Origin: Octopus sinensis
Lineage: Eukaryota
Direction of reading: 5' to 3'
NCBI RefSeq assembly: GCF_006345805.1
Contig: NW_021833448.1
Location: forward strand, 10,220 to 74,219
DNA length: 64,000 nucleotides
The position numbers were made by a program, and so were the translations under genes. Of the stretch, positions 1-13,429 are shown one piece after another. Within the stretch, counting starts at the first letter, position 1. Each line of letters begins with the position of its first letter. Under the pieces are notes generated by a model, which did not search any database, was not told the DNA's origin, and worked only from the letters and a program-made list of their open reading frames with translations.

Positions 1-385
1 TTGTCCAGTTGGATATGAAACGATATGGTCTTCGGTACATCAGCACATTCCAGACAGTTTTATGGCGAAGACTTCAGTTCCTCTGGGATGAAGTCTTTCA
101 GAGGGTTCGCCACCTAATTAGATACGAGTTTATTTGAAGCTGAAGATATACCACTATGTATGAGCACACATTTTTCTTTCTGTACATTGTCAAAATTTGA
201 TTTGTTTGTGTTTATTCTCTCGGTATTAGATTCAGATACTAGCATTAACCAATCTATAATTTCTTGAAGTTTTTGGTGCAAAATATTTCACTACCACTAA
301 TTGCTAGGTATACTCCGCTGCCCGTATATCTCTTGCTACCGAACACACACACACACATACATATATGTATGTATATATATATATT

Positions 386-466
<81 letters not shown>

Positions 467-718
467 TATATATCTATATATATATATGAGTGTGTTTTCT
501 GTTTTTGTGTCGCTCCATCACTACTTGGCAACCGGGATTTGTTTGTTTTCGTCCCCGTAACATACCGGTCCTGCAAAGATGCCGATAGGAGAAGTACAAG
601 CCTTAAGACATAGTACTAGGGTCAATTCATGGGGATGCCCCACCATAGTCGCAGTCTAATAATTGGAACAGGTAAAAGATAAAGTATGATATATATATAT
701 ATCTATTTATATATATAT

Positions 719-753
<35 letters not shown>

Positions 754-756
<3 letters not shown>

Positions 757-892
757 GGTCCCGGGTTGATTCGGGTGTTAACCACAGTAAATAAGGTACT
801 CAATACATAGCAGAGTAAATAGTAAATTATTATTATATAGAAGGAGCTTCTACAGGACTAGAACTGTTTCATTCAAGAGAAATCTTCAGGAA
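754..892 (-). mobile_element. Penelope-like non-autonomous element remnant embedded in (TA)n
   Basis: The minus strand reads ttcctgaagatttctcttgaatgaaacagttctagtcc, resembling the ctgaaga...gaaac terminal motif of Penelope-like elements. (TA)n flanks both sides. Family assignment is from recall. Confidence 0.35.
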
Positions 893-907
893 TATATATT
901 ATACATA

Positions 908-945
<38 letters not shown>

Positions 946-1160
946 ATGTATATATATATATTATATATATATTATATATATACTTTTATTCTTTTACTTG
1001 ATTCAATCATTTTTACTGCGGCTTTGTGAGTGGTATCAAAGGGGAGATGATTCATGTCTGTGTGTGTGTGTGTGGGCATGTATGTTTGTGTATAAATATA
1101 TATATATATATATATATGTATGTGAATAGACACACACACACACACACGCACACATATATC

Positions 1161-1496
1161 TGTGAAAGCGCATGGCTTAGTATCTAGAGCGTCGAGCTTA
1201 CGATCGTGAGGTTGTGAGTTCGATTCCTGGACCGGACTGCGTGTTGTATTCTTGAGCAAGACACATTGTTTCGTGTTACTCCAGTTAACTTAGCCGTAGA
1301 AATGAGTTTTTACGTCACTGGTGCCAAGCGTATCGGCCTTTACCTTTACTTTGGATAACATTCAGTGGTGTGGCAAGGGGAGGTTCGTATGCGTGGGCGA
1401 CTGCTCGCCTTCCAGAAACAACCTTGCCCGGACCTGTGCCGCGGAGGGTAACTTTCTAGGTGCAAACCTATTGTCATTCATGACCGAAGGTCTTTA
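1161..1496 (+). mobile_element. tRNA-derived SINE, near full length
   Basis: A-box-like tggcttagtatctagagc and B box gagttcgattcc, then tgtattcttgagcaagacac (CORE-like), ending gaccgaaggtcttta. Related heads occur at ~17588, ~21090 and ~53013. Confidence 0.8.
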
Positions 1497-2053
1497 TATA
1501 TATATATATATATTATATATATATAATATATATATATATAATATATATAATGTATATATATATATATAATGTACATATGCATATATGTATAGATATATAT
1601 CTAGGTATGTAATTGTAGTGAGTGACAGCAAGAGATAGGATGAAGATGGTCAAAAAGTGTCATATCGAATATATTCAGACTAAAGAAAACTGGGAAACAA
1701 ATGAATTTGATTGGTGGTTATACAGGTTACTATGAGAACAGATCAGTATATATTTGCAAACATATGACTGAATCTACTTGTGGTTAATTGTGCTTGTCTG
1801 TCTATGCGCCTCTCTCTACATCTATGTGCATATGTTTGTATATACTGACCATGAATCGAACTCACAACATCACGGTCGTAAGCTCGACGATCTAACCACT
1901 GAGCCATGAGTCTTCACACATACACATATATATGCGTATAAATAAATTCATTCTTAGTCGATGTGTATTAAAGTATAAATATATAGATATTTATATATCG
2001 ATAAATCAAACTTACGTACAAATGGGAGAGAAAATTAAAGGAGAGGTGGTACT

Positions 2054-2087
<34 letters not shown>

Positions 2088-2511
2088 TGAGTGCTGTGTG
2101 TGTGTAAATGTTTCGTGTGAATGTATGAGTGTGTAGATACCTATTAATGATGATTGGATCTATAATTATCCCGGTAATCATGTTTGTCCCTCCCCCATCA
2201 CCAACTGATAACCGATTTTTATGCGCTTGCGTCCCCGTGTCTGAGCGGTTCAGCAAAAGAGACCGATAGCAATAACTACTAGACTTTAAAAAATAAAATA
2301 GTCAGATTTGTGATATAAGAAAACAGCTGATAACATGCTCTCCATTTATAATTTCGCAAACTAATTAACTTGGAAGTCTTTATTCGTGGATATACGTGAT
2401 CGTATTTTATTGGTTAATAAACATTATTTATCATTTCAAAATTAGATTCATAATCTCTTAATTGCGTGTTAATTTTTTTCTTATCTGCAAAGAAACATAG
2501 ACACATATCTA

Positions 2512-2606
<95 letters not shown>

Positions 2607-2660
2607 AATATATACATATATAATATAATCTATATATATATATATATTATATATATATAT

Positions 2661-2969
2661 GATTGATTGATTGATTGATTCTATTTTCAGCTCACGAGCT
2701 GTGGCCATGCTGGGGCACAACCATTTGGTGTTGCTACATGGTTTTACTTCACGAATGCTTTTTAGCAACTGCTATTTGGGTGCATGAGAGAGTTCGATGC
2801 AGCTGCCCTCATCTGCACCTCCTGCCGTGAAGTTGGTTCATCTGGGATACTTGACAAGAAGAGATCCAGTTTCATTTTAAAGACATCTGCATCCTCCCCA
2901 TGCATGTCTCTTAGGTCCTTCGGGAGGATATTGAAGAGCTGTGGGCCTCGGAAGCCCAGGCTATCACAG
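2661..2969 (-). mobile_element. 5'-truncated LINE of the CR1/L2 group: ORF2 C-terminus, 3' UTR and (AATC)n tail
   Basis: Minus-strand translation CDSLGFRGPQLFNILPKDLRDMHGEDADVFKMKLDLFLSSIPDEPTSRQEVQMRAAASNSL matches the RGPxLFNxLP...FKxxLDxxLxxIPDEP pattern at the end of CR1/L2-group RT ORFs. It is followed by gtgccccagcatggccacagctcgtgagctgaaa and (aatc)n. Confidence 0.8.
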
Positions 2970-3007
2970 TATATATAATATATATAATATATATATATAT
3001 ATATACA

Positions 3008-3038
<31 letters not shown>

Positions 3039-3204
3039 GTGACATTTTCAACTCTAAGTATGGAAGGCAATTAAATTTTGGGAAAATAAAATCAGAAGTT
3101 TTTCAAATGAATATTTGCATAGTATTCAAATACAAAGGCATTTTCCTTGTTTCTGCCTGTTCCTGTCTCTTTTTTTTACTCTTGTGAGTTATATTTATAT
3201 ATAT

Positions 3205-3340
3205 ATATAACGAACATCTTCAAGTTTCCGTCTACCAAATCCACTCACAAGGCTTTTGGTTGCCCAAGGTGGGCAGTGGCACTGTTCCCGGAACCATGCG
3301 GTTGGGAAGCATCTTTTTACCACACAGCCACACCAGATAG
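3205..3340 (-). mobile_element. CORE-type SINE 5' part, degenerate
   Basis: agtttccgtctaccaaatccactcacaaggctttgg...ttcccggaaccatg...ccacacagccac matches the head of the family at 20686-21060 and 38755-39143. Confidence 0.75.
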
Positions 3341-5999
3341 TTAGCTATAGATATATGTATATGTATATATATGTAGCTTATAGAATGATGTCGATTTATT
3401 AGTTTGACGGTTATGAATTGAATGTAATACTATTACGTTTCGGATGTTAGACGTTTTTCAGAAAGAAGAAAATTTGAAGAAGAAAGATGTTGTGTGGCTG
3501 ACAGTAGAATATCAAAATAATAACATTTAGTCGGTGAGGTGTCGTTAAACTCCACTGCGTTGGGAATGTGAAATACTGCCTACTTAACGTAATGGATGGA
3601 CAATTTGTGCAATCTTTAGACAAAAGGAATGACTGAGCCCTTTAACAGAAAGTACATCTCGAGAGAAATAGAGAAGAGAGAAATATGACATTAGATTTGG
3701 ATTTTGTACAAAAGGAATTGAAAGTGGCTTCATGAGTTACTGGCAAGAACACTGAGACGTTAAAACCAATAAGATGGAGTGGGAGTTAGGTTTACGATAT
3801 GACACTGATTCGAGTATGAATAGGGTCTTTAGAAAGATATAGAAAAGAAAAAAAAGAATAGCCTGAACGTGTAAAAGGGAAGTAAGCGGCAAGATACTAA
3901 GATATATATCAGCCATTGATTATAATTAAAAGTGATAGAGATAGTGTGAGCGTTTTTAAGGGTAGTTTTTGTCCACGTTTGCAATGCACAGAACGGAAAC
4001 GGAGATGGGAGAGAGAGAGAGAGAAAGAGAGAGCAAAAGAAAGGGAGACAAATTAGTCAATATACTGGATATAAAAAAATATCTGATGAATTAAGTCAAT
4101 TTCTCATGGGGAAAGTTAGTAGCACCAGTATGTTGGAAAGATTTAATTTGCTTATATAAAGAGAAAATGGGTTATTGGCACTTTATTTAGATGTGTGCTA
4201 AGTGGAGTTGACTTAGAATTGACTCTAAATACGCGTGGTTTTAGTCTTAGATTTACAGAGCAAATCACTTAGTAAAACATTGCCATTTTTCAAACAATTT
4301 ACCCGAATCCATAAGTTGTTTCTTTGCGAAAGTTACTTGTGACAGCGTTTAGTTCTAGTTAACTGCAGGCAGATATGTATAGGCTATGAGAAACGTTATT
4401 TTCTAAAGAGCATTTCTGTTAATACATCAGTATTGGTCAATACTGATGTTTGCAATATTGCAATGGATTCGGAATTACAGTGCAATTCTTGGCTAAATTT
4501 CATTTGGTATTACTCTACAACATTTCACAATATACGTTCAAACGAAACCGAACGTGCTGGACATCGTAATTCATCCTTAACAAGTGGAGAAATTATGCAG
4601 TAATTCGGTGGACAAACGGATTCAGTGGGCAATAACTCTCATCTACATATAGGTGGCTTTGCTTCAACATCCGATGTAATTAATTATTTCTAAACGAAGT
4701 TGTAAATCCAGATATTTTGTTAAAAACACAGTATTATAATCGATTAATAGTTCAAAAGACCTGACAATTTGACTTAACAATATATATATATATATATATA
4801 TTATATATTATATATATATATATATAATATATATATATATATTATATATATATATGTATATATTTGGTGGTGTGTGCCATTGGGTATGCTTGTATGTAAA
4901 TGCAAACATATAGCTATATGTTTCTATTTTCGAAACGCATCTACGTATTAAAATATATATGGACGTGTGTAACGCTAGAGGTGATCATGTGTGCGTCTGT
5001 ACAACCATATATATATATATAATATATAATATGATGTATGTGCGTATATGTGCAAATGTTTATGTGCGCATAAGTGTGTATGCATGTAGACTCGTATCAC
5101 TTATGAACACGAAGAGTGGCAGACCTGCAGTTAATCACTCTACGCTTCCAAAAACATTTCATTCACTGTGGATGCCTTAATTAAAATCATTGCAACATCA
5201 AATCAACAATACAATGTACTAGAGCAAATTAAACTCTGTTTAAAGCTGAAAGCTCTAGAAGGACATTAACGTAATCCAGGGAGAATTCAAAGAAAAACCT
5301 AAATAACGGGGAAAAGCCTAAACAACAGGGAATCACACCCAACCACGAAAACACCCCAGCTTTATTTTAAGGTTATTTATATTTTCCTATGTTTCGTTAT
5401 TTTTTCTTTCCTTTTATGATGTGTCTGTTGTACCCTTAATGACGCTGATATTGTTGTTGACTTTTTCCCTCATTAAAGTTTTCAATAGGCGTCAACATTG
5501 TTACTGTTTATTCTTTGTTTCTTTTTGTTTAATTATGTGTTGATATATTTATATTTATTTATAGCCGTCGCACGTGTACTTGTTGTTGTAGTTGTTATTG
5601 TTATTGTAATTGCTATACGTATTGTTCTTGTTGCTTAAATGTGCACGTGTTTGTTTGAAAACCTTTCATGATTTTAATCATTCCATATTTTTTTTATTGG
5701 GGTAGGGGTATTCTATGTATGCTACAATTCATTATTAAAATAAGCAACGGTTATGTCCCTTTGTCAAATGCACGCCAGAAAAGCTTGGTTTTGCCTATCC
5801 TCTTATTTTCTCAAGCTAAGTTTATCTATCCAATGCTTCATCTATCTATCTTTCATTCTCCAAATCTGAATTTTCTTCTCTATTTATCTCTAAATATAAG
5901 TATATGTATGCATATAAATATGTATATGATTGCATGCACATAAATACTTAAATACGTTCCCTCTCTCCCTCTCTCTCTCTCTATATATATATACATATG

Positions 6000-6041
<42 letters not shown>

Positions 6042-6659
6042 CATACATATATAGTTATTTATACATATAAGCATACAGAGAAAGAGAGAGGGGGAAAAGA
6101 GAGGAGGAGAGGGCGAGAGAGTGGGACAGATTGGAAGATGGGAGAAAGAAACTGAAATTAAAATTGTACAACAAATTAATTTTGGACATCTTATTCTCTT
6201 ATGTGAGAAAACCACCTAGGAGGAAAACTCATTATCTTTCCCGTACCATGTAATATTTGATTGGGATCCGCATTTCTGTATATCCCAAACTATATATGGA
6301 GAACAAAGCTCAAAATCGAAGAGATTGTCTATAAACTATTTAATGTACTTCATCTTACGCGTATGTCATTTACAAAAAAATATTATCAGTTATATGAAGT
6401 AAATCATTTAATCATGTTACATGTCAAATCTTCAGAAATATGTAGCGGCCATTCGTGATTAGACGGGATTAGTTACAGTTTTTCTCTGGGTCATTAAGCG
6501 AGAAGTATGATATTTATACGACTAATATCAGTATTATGATTTTCAAAAGCAACGCAGCAGATATATAGGACGCCATGTATTTCTAACAGACTTCGCAGAT
6601 AGAAATAAACCCCTTAACATCTCCTTCGCCCGTGCAAATACCACTACAACCAGTGATAT

Positions 6660-6667
6660 CCCCTCCT

Positions 6668-6698
<31 letters not shown>

Positions 6699-6976
6699 AT
6701 CATCATCATCATCATGATCATCATCATCACTGAAATCGTTGGCATGATGATGATGATCATCATCGTCGTCGTCGTCGTCGTCATCATCATCATCATCATC
6801 ATCATCAACATCGACGTCGTGATTATTGTCAATATCATCGACATTATTATCATTTTCTTCCTTTTCGTAGTCATCATCATTTATCATCATCATGGCCGTC
6901 GTCAAAATCGTCATCACCATCATCGTTGTCGTCATCGCCGTCATCGTCATCCTCATCGTCTTCATCGTCGTCGTCG

Positions 6977-7007
<31 letters not shown>

Positions 7008-7029
7008 ATCTTCCTCCTTCCCGTCATTG

Positions 7030-7060
<31 letters not shown>

Positions 7061-7631
7061 TATCATCATCATTAGCAGCAGCGGCTGCTTCTTCGTCATC
7101 ATCCACAAAATTATCAGCATCGTCATTCTCAACATCATCTTCATCATCAGCAACGTAACCCTAATTATAATCACCATTATCGTCAACAGCAGCTACAGCA
7201 CTATCAATCTCCTTGCAGTCATTCCCCTCATCCTCCTCCGCATCTCGTTCTCCCTCCACCTCCTTCTCTTTCTCCTCCTCATTTGCTCTTCCTTTTCCTC
7301 CCCTTCTCCTCCTCCTCCTCCTCCTCCTCATCATCATCATCAATCATCATCATCATCACATCATCATCATCATCACTGAAATCGTTGGCATGATGATGAT
7401 GATCATCATCGTCGTCGTCGTCGTCGTCATCATCATCATCATCATCATCATCAACATCGACGTCGTGATTATTGTCAATATCATCGACATTATTATCATT
7501 TTCTTCCTTTTCGTAGTCATCATCATTTATCATCATCATGGCCGTCGTCAAAATCGTCATCACCATCATCGTTGTCGTCATCGCCGTCATCGTCATCCTC
7601 ATCGTCTTCATCGTCGTCGTCGTCGTCGTCG

Positions 7632-7662
<31 letters not shown>

Positions 7663-8380
7663 ATCTTCCTCCTTCCCGTCATTGTCATCATCATCATCAT
7701 CATCAATCATCATCATTAGCAGCAGCGGCTGCTTCTTCGTCATCATCCACAAAATTATCAGCATCGTCATTCTCAACATCATCTTCATCATCAGCAACGT
7801 AACCCTAATTATAATCACCATTATCGTCAACAGCAGCTACAGCACTATCAATCTCCTTGCAGTCATTCCCCTCATCCTCCTCCGCATCTCGTTCTCCCTC
7901 CACCTCCTTCTCTTTCTCCTCCTCATTTGCTCTTCCTTTTCCTCCCCTCCTCCTCCTCCTCCTCCTCCTCCACTTCCCTCTCTCTTCCTCCTCCTCCTTT
8001 GCTCTTCCTCTTCTTCCCCCTCTTCCTCCTTCTCCCCTCCTCCTCTTCCCTCTCCCCTTCCTCCTCCCCTTCCTCCTCCTCCTCCTCCTCATCATCATCC
8101 CCTTCCTCCTCCCCTTCCTCCTCCCCTTCCTCCTCCTCCTCCTCTTCCCTCTAGCCTTCCTCCTCGCCTTCCTCCTCCTCCTCCTCCTCCACCTCCTCCT
8201 CTTTCTCCTCTTCTTTTGCTCTTCCTTTTCTTCCCCTCTTCCTCCTCCACTTCCCTCTCTCTTCCTCTTCCTCCTTTGCTCTTTCTCTTCTTCCCCCTCT
8301 TCTCCTCCTCCTCCTCTTCCCTCTCCCCTTAATCATCCTCTTCCTCCTCCTACTCGTCTACCACTTCCTCCTCATCATCA
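6660..8380. repeat. Compound trinucleotide low-complexity tract (TCC/TCA/TCG) containing a ~645-bp tandem duplication
   Basis: Unique anchors recur: ctgaaatcgttggcatg at 6730 and 7376, atttgctcttccttttcctcc at 7281 and 7925. A further ~95-bp block recurs at ~7965-8060 and ~8240-8330. Confidence 0.9.
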
Positions 8381-8387
8381 TCGACAG

Positions 8388-8587
8388 CAGAAGCAGCAAC
8401 ATCAGCATCAACAGCTAATAACAACAAGAGTGTCGAAGCCAATCACCCTCCACCTTACCGACCCAACATGCGGAACACCTATCATCTCAACTGCTTCCAC
8501 CACCACCACCACCACCACTACCACCAGAGCCAGCCAACGCTACTAATACCGCCACCACCCAACAGCCAGACACCCAACAATATATGA
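8388..8587 (+). CDS. Candidate terminal coding exon, low-complexity, with PPPY motif and poly-His
   Basis: A NAGNAG acceptor (gacagcag, first AG 8386-8387) follows a ~500-nt pyrimidine tract. The frame is open from 8333 to TGA 8585-8587: AEAATSASTANNNKSVEANHPPPYRPNMRNTYHLNCFHHHHHHHYHQSQPTLLIPPPPNSQTPNNI*. No homolog recognised. Confidence 0.3.
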
Positions 8588-8994
8588 AAGGTGGAAATAT
8601 CAATTTCCTTTCTGGGAGATCAATTATATTGCGTCAATATTGAATTGGTAATTAATGGCGGTAAGTTGTGTGTGTAGGGTGTGGGGTGATACGCTGTGGA
8701 GGTAGCGGTGAGGTCGAGGTGGTGGTGGTAGTGATGGTGGTGGTAGTGGTGGTGGTGCTGGTCTAGTCAAATGTGTATGCGAAATGTGGGGGGGGGTGTA
8801 GAGGTGTGGAGTTGTGTGGAGTTTGTGAATGGAAGTATAGAGGGTACAGAAAAAGACAGAGATGGTATGAAAAATATGTTTGTGTGTGTGTGTGTATATG
8901 TGTGCGTGTGCATTTGTGTGTGTGGGTGCGTGGGTGTTTGTTTCTGTCTATTACCATGTGTATATGCACATATATGCTTATATGTAAATATATG

Positions 8995-9029
<35 letters not shown>

Positions 9030-9050
9030 CCGTATATATACTTACATATA

Positions 9051-9098
<48 letters not shown>

Positions 9099-9316
9099 AT
9101 ATATATAAATATATATGTATATAATCAGTTAAACACGAACACACACACGAAGTCATAAGTCTTGTTCACCAGCACGTTTGCGGTCCCAAATCACTGTTCG
9201 TAACTTGAACGTGCTCTTCTGTCTTACAGAATAGAATAGATCCAATAATATGTTCGATATACATATATATATACATACATATATACATATGTGTGTGTGT
9301 GTGTGTGTGTATGTGT

Positions 9317-9366
<50 letters not shown>

Positions 9367-9394
9367 CTACTTTATATATATATATATACATATA

Positions 9395-9409
9395 TAGATA
9401 GATAGATAT

Positions 9410-9460
<51 letters not shown>

Positions 9461-9487
9461 TAGATAGATAGATAGATAGATAGATAG

Positions 9488-9540
<53 letters not shown>
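9395..9540. repeat. (GATA)n microsatellite
   Basis: Long tetranucleotide run. Similar (TATC)n runs at ~2510-2605, ~48525-48635 and ~49030-49190. Confidence 0.95.
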
Positions 9541-9541
<1 letters not shown>

Positions 9542-12500
9542 GAGTCAGATCCAGGGATCCCCGCCTGAAATGTATCCTTGACTCGAAATATTCGTTTAAA
9601 TATCTGACTTCATTAAACCTGCCCGAATGTTCTCCCCTTACGGAATAGACAATGCAAGAAATAATGGATAGGAAGAGAAGGAGTGAATTGTACGAGAAAT
9701 GATATTAGATAGATGATTTCACCATTATCGGGAAGGGCCTGCTCGGATATTTTGAACACGTACACGGCATCCATTTCTGTGCGGCATTAGTTTAGATTGG
9801 TATTCGGGAAGGCATCCAGCGCCCAAGGTCAGCTGATCTACACATATAATGTTCAGACGACCTGCTTGATTACGGCCATGCTTGGTATCCATAGCAATAA
9901 GTCACTTGCTATCTCTTGTTTAGCTCACCGTCCAAGTCCCGCTAAGCACAGGCCCCTTTCCATTATAATGGGTGATCTCCATACACATTGGTGGGATTGT
10001 GTTCTCAAAGATATATGTAAAACAGTTCTTAATATTCTGCTCTATTTTCTATGTAGCTTTGGTTACCAGTTTTTTGGTAAGCGCCAAGACTGTTGCTGTA
10101 TATAAAAGGATTAACGATACTGTTGCATAGAAACCGTCCCTCTCAAGTTTTTCTGACAGAGTTGATTCCCAGACAATATCCAGTTTGGCTTAAGATGTCT
10201 TAAATAAAATGAATTATAAGTAAATGGAAACAAGATGAAATAAGAAGTGGATACATGGGCAGGACAAAAGAATAGCTGGAAGGTTCAGGGCAGTAATGGT
10301 GAGAGATTTATAATAATCGGAATGAGACAAGTGGGTGTAGCTTTATGGACGGTAACGATCTGGAATACCTGATCCTATATTCGACCTGTTTTCAACACAT
10401 AATTTTTAGCGCTTGAGGCAAATACACAAACGTAAAGGCATGCGCGGTGCATGCATACATCCATACGATCATGAGTGCAGAAATATACACGTACAGGTAG
10501 AGAGTGCGAAAGAGATAATTTATTATTTGAATATCATTAACATAAACACTTTCCCTCTCCTTATACGCGTAAACGGAAATATGCTTAAACAAATAAACAG
10601 AGAGAGAAAGAGAGAGGAGAGACAGAGAGACAGACAAATAGACAGAAAGAGAAACGGAAAGAAAGAGAGGGAGAAAGAGAGAACGAAAGAAACATTGAAA
10701 TATCTGATGTCAAAAAACTCAGTGTCTAATGATGACGTCAGATAAACGGCACCAAATTGTTTCTGCCCAAAGATTTCATACTCGTACAACGAAGTGCCAT
10801 GCCGAATAGAAATAGGAAAGAAGAAATATTGAATACAGGAGAGATTGAGTAAGTAACACGGCATGTATCATAATATGGAGAAAGAATCGAAGATGAGTAA
10901 ATACATGGTAATATGTCAGGAGAAATGAAAAATGATCCCATGGAGAAATATGCAAAGCTCTGTTCTAGATGTTTATTTTTTTTTTCTACAGATCCTCCAA
11001 TTACAAGTTCGCCATGTCGATTATCTAACCCATCTTACATATGACAAGAAAAATTAGGGTTTTTATACAACAAAATGGATTGCATAGCATTAACCGATTT
11101 ATATTAATGTGACATTAGTGTACTTGAAATCAACGTTATGTGTTTGATATGTAAGAAAAACTGTATGAATGAGAATACACAATTCGGCAATCAAAACTCA
11201 ATTTCCTCAATGCAACCATTAAATTTTCTCATGAAATCTGGGAGTTTCCTCTCACAGAAAATGCACCCAAAGTTGAGAATAAGCGGTTAGAAACAAGATT
11301 GCGTCATCAGCCTGTGTCAGCCTTGCATCAACACCTTCATAAAATGAAATCCATTAAATGCTTTCAAGTGAAGTAGTGTTTTATTTACCGATTCGTCAGT
11401 GAAAAGAAATTTTTTAAATATGAAAGTAAAAGATACAAAGACGATGTACACAGCTATGGAAAGCAGATACAACCTTTTCAGATGTAAATCATTCGCTGAT
11501 CGGGCAGAATAAGCAGAAAAGATGGAGTAAAAATCACTGCAAAACTAGAAAAGCTGAAAGTTCAAAGGGGTCTGTCGTCCAAAATCAAGTCCACTGGAGA
11601 AATTCAATAAGCGATGAGTCACTGTCTAGTACCACCTTGACAGGTAAGTTAAAGGCCATCAATGATGTTTATGGACTGACGATATAAAAGAAAAACGGTC
11701 TGTAAACAAGACCCTGAATAGTTGTATACAAGTAGCAAAGCCCAAAAGAAGGGGAGTCTTGAGTAACCGTCACAGTGAGGATACCTAGTGGGTGGCAGCG
11801 AACAAAGAACAAATCGTACCATGAGGGGAATAAGTTTTCTACAAATTTAAGTCCCGGATTGGTTTCTTGCAACAGAGTGAAACTAATTGCACCAAAGGAT
11901 GGACTTACACTTAACGGATTAAATCCTAAATCTCAGAAATCACAGTGCCAACAATGGGAATCAATTCCACAAATCATCATCACCAATGCTCAGACATTTC
12001 TCTTACCCAACATCTTGGATCTGCACTATATCTTAACGATCCTGAAAGGGCTGAAAAGCAAAGCTTGTCCCTCCTTGATTTGTCTGAGTGCAGAACTGGA
12101 AGAAATATTACTAAGCTTTTGACCAACTTTCTATCAATACTGTTATATTGAACTGGAGCTGATTGGAGGGAACCAGATATTCGGGCTAATCAACTGTAAT
12201 ATGTTTGACATAGTGATGAATTATTATTGTCCTATGATAGAGCATCAACGTGGTCGCCTCCACTACTAGAAACACTAGCGCAAACTAACTTAAGTCACAT
12301 CGTACTTTTGTATAGAATGGTCAATAGGATTATGTGATAGTGGACTTTGGTATTTATGACAAATTTGGCAGGGTCATGGATGGAATGCTTGTGACAATAG
12401 ATGTGTTCACTGATCAATAAAGTGAAAATGAATAAAAAAATTATCACACATAAGGAAGAGAAAAATACTCAAATCTGAAGGACTTGGTGATGGTTATGCT

Positions 12501-12984
12501 GAGGAATTTTTCTTTTTACTTTTTTGAATATATATTTCAAAATGTAGTTAAAAAAGTTTTGTGGATATAGAAGTGATCAAAATGCGCCACTTTCCTCTAA
12601 AAATTAATTAATGGGACAACGAATTATCTGTATAAAGTCATTCGAGCTGTTAGAAATAGTAGCAACATCACCATTGTTGAATGGGTGATACATTAAGGCA
12701 ACATATTTCTTGAGGAATGATGTTGCAACAAAAGATGGAATCGCTAAGGTTAATGTGATGCTAAAACAACAACTGTAACAAGAAGAATAGTTAATAACAT
12801 TTTTAAGGGACCTCTTCAAAACAATATTTGAAAGGTACAGTTTTCATCCAGAATTTACGTTTAAGAGTCGCAAACGAAAAAAAACACTTACTCATCATCT
12901 TTTTGCACAAATTTATCTTTTTCATTTTCTGTAAACTTCGCTATCACAACCTACTACCATTCCAGTACCCCTTGTAGTTTCAAT

Positions 12985-13035
<51 letters not shown>

Positions 13036-13051
13036 ATATATATATATATAT

Positions 13052-13117
<66 letters not shown>

Positions 13118-13349
13118 AAGTTAGGATTTACAAACCGTTAGATCTACATGTGGATCTAGCATGATTATTAAGGCTGTCCCACTGAAGAAACTTGCCTTCG
13201 GCAAATATGTTTTTTGCTGGAAATAGTTAGAAACCGTCGGTCTGGGATATAGTTGAGATGGTAAATGTTTTTAATTTTCATTCCTTTCGTGAATTTATCC
13301 CTTTTTTTGTGTTCTAGCACAACGCTTTCCTATTTGGAAGCCTCTTATT

Positions 13350-13429
<80 letters not shown>

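Noticed and set aside
3-137. 44-codon open frame at the window start (VQLDMKRYGLRYISTFQTVLWRRLQFLWDEVFQRVRHLIRYEFI*)
   Set aside because: It is truncated by the window edge, has no recognisable motif and its length is compatible with chance.
6543-7830. Acidic D/E-rich and poly-Met minus-strand ORFs (187 and 183 aa)
   Set aside because: These are reverse-frame readings of TCA/TCG/TCC repeats, open in several frames at once. This is not evidence of coding.
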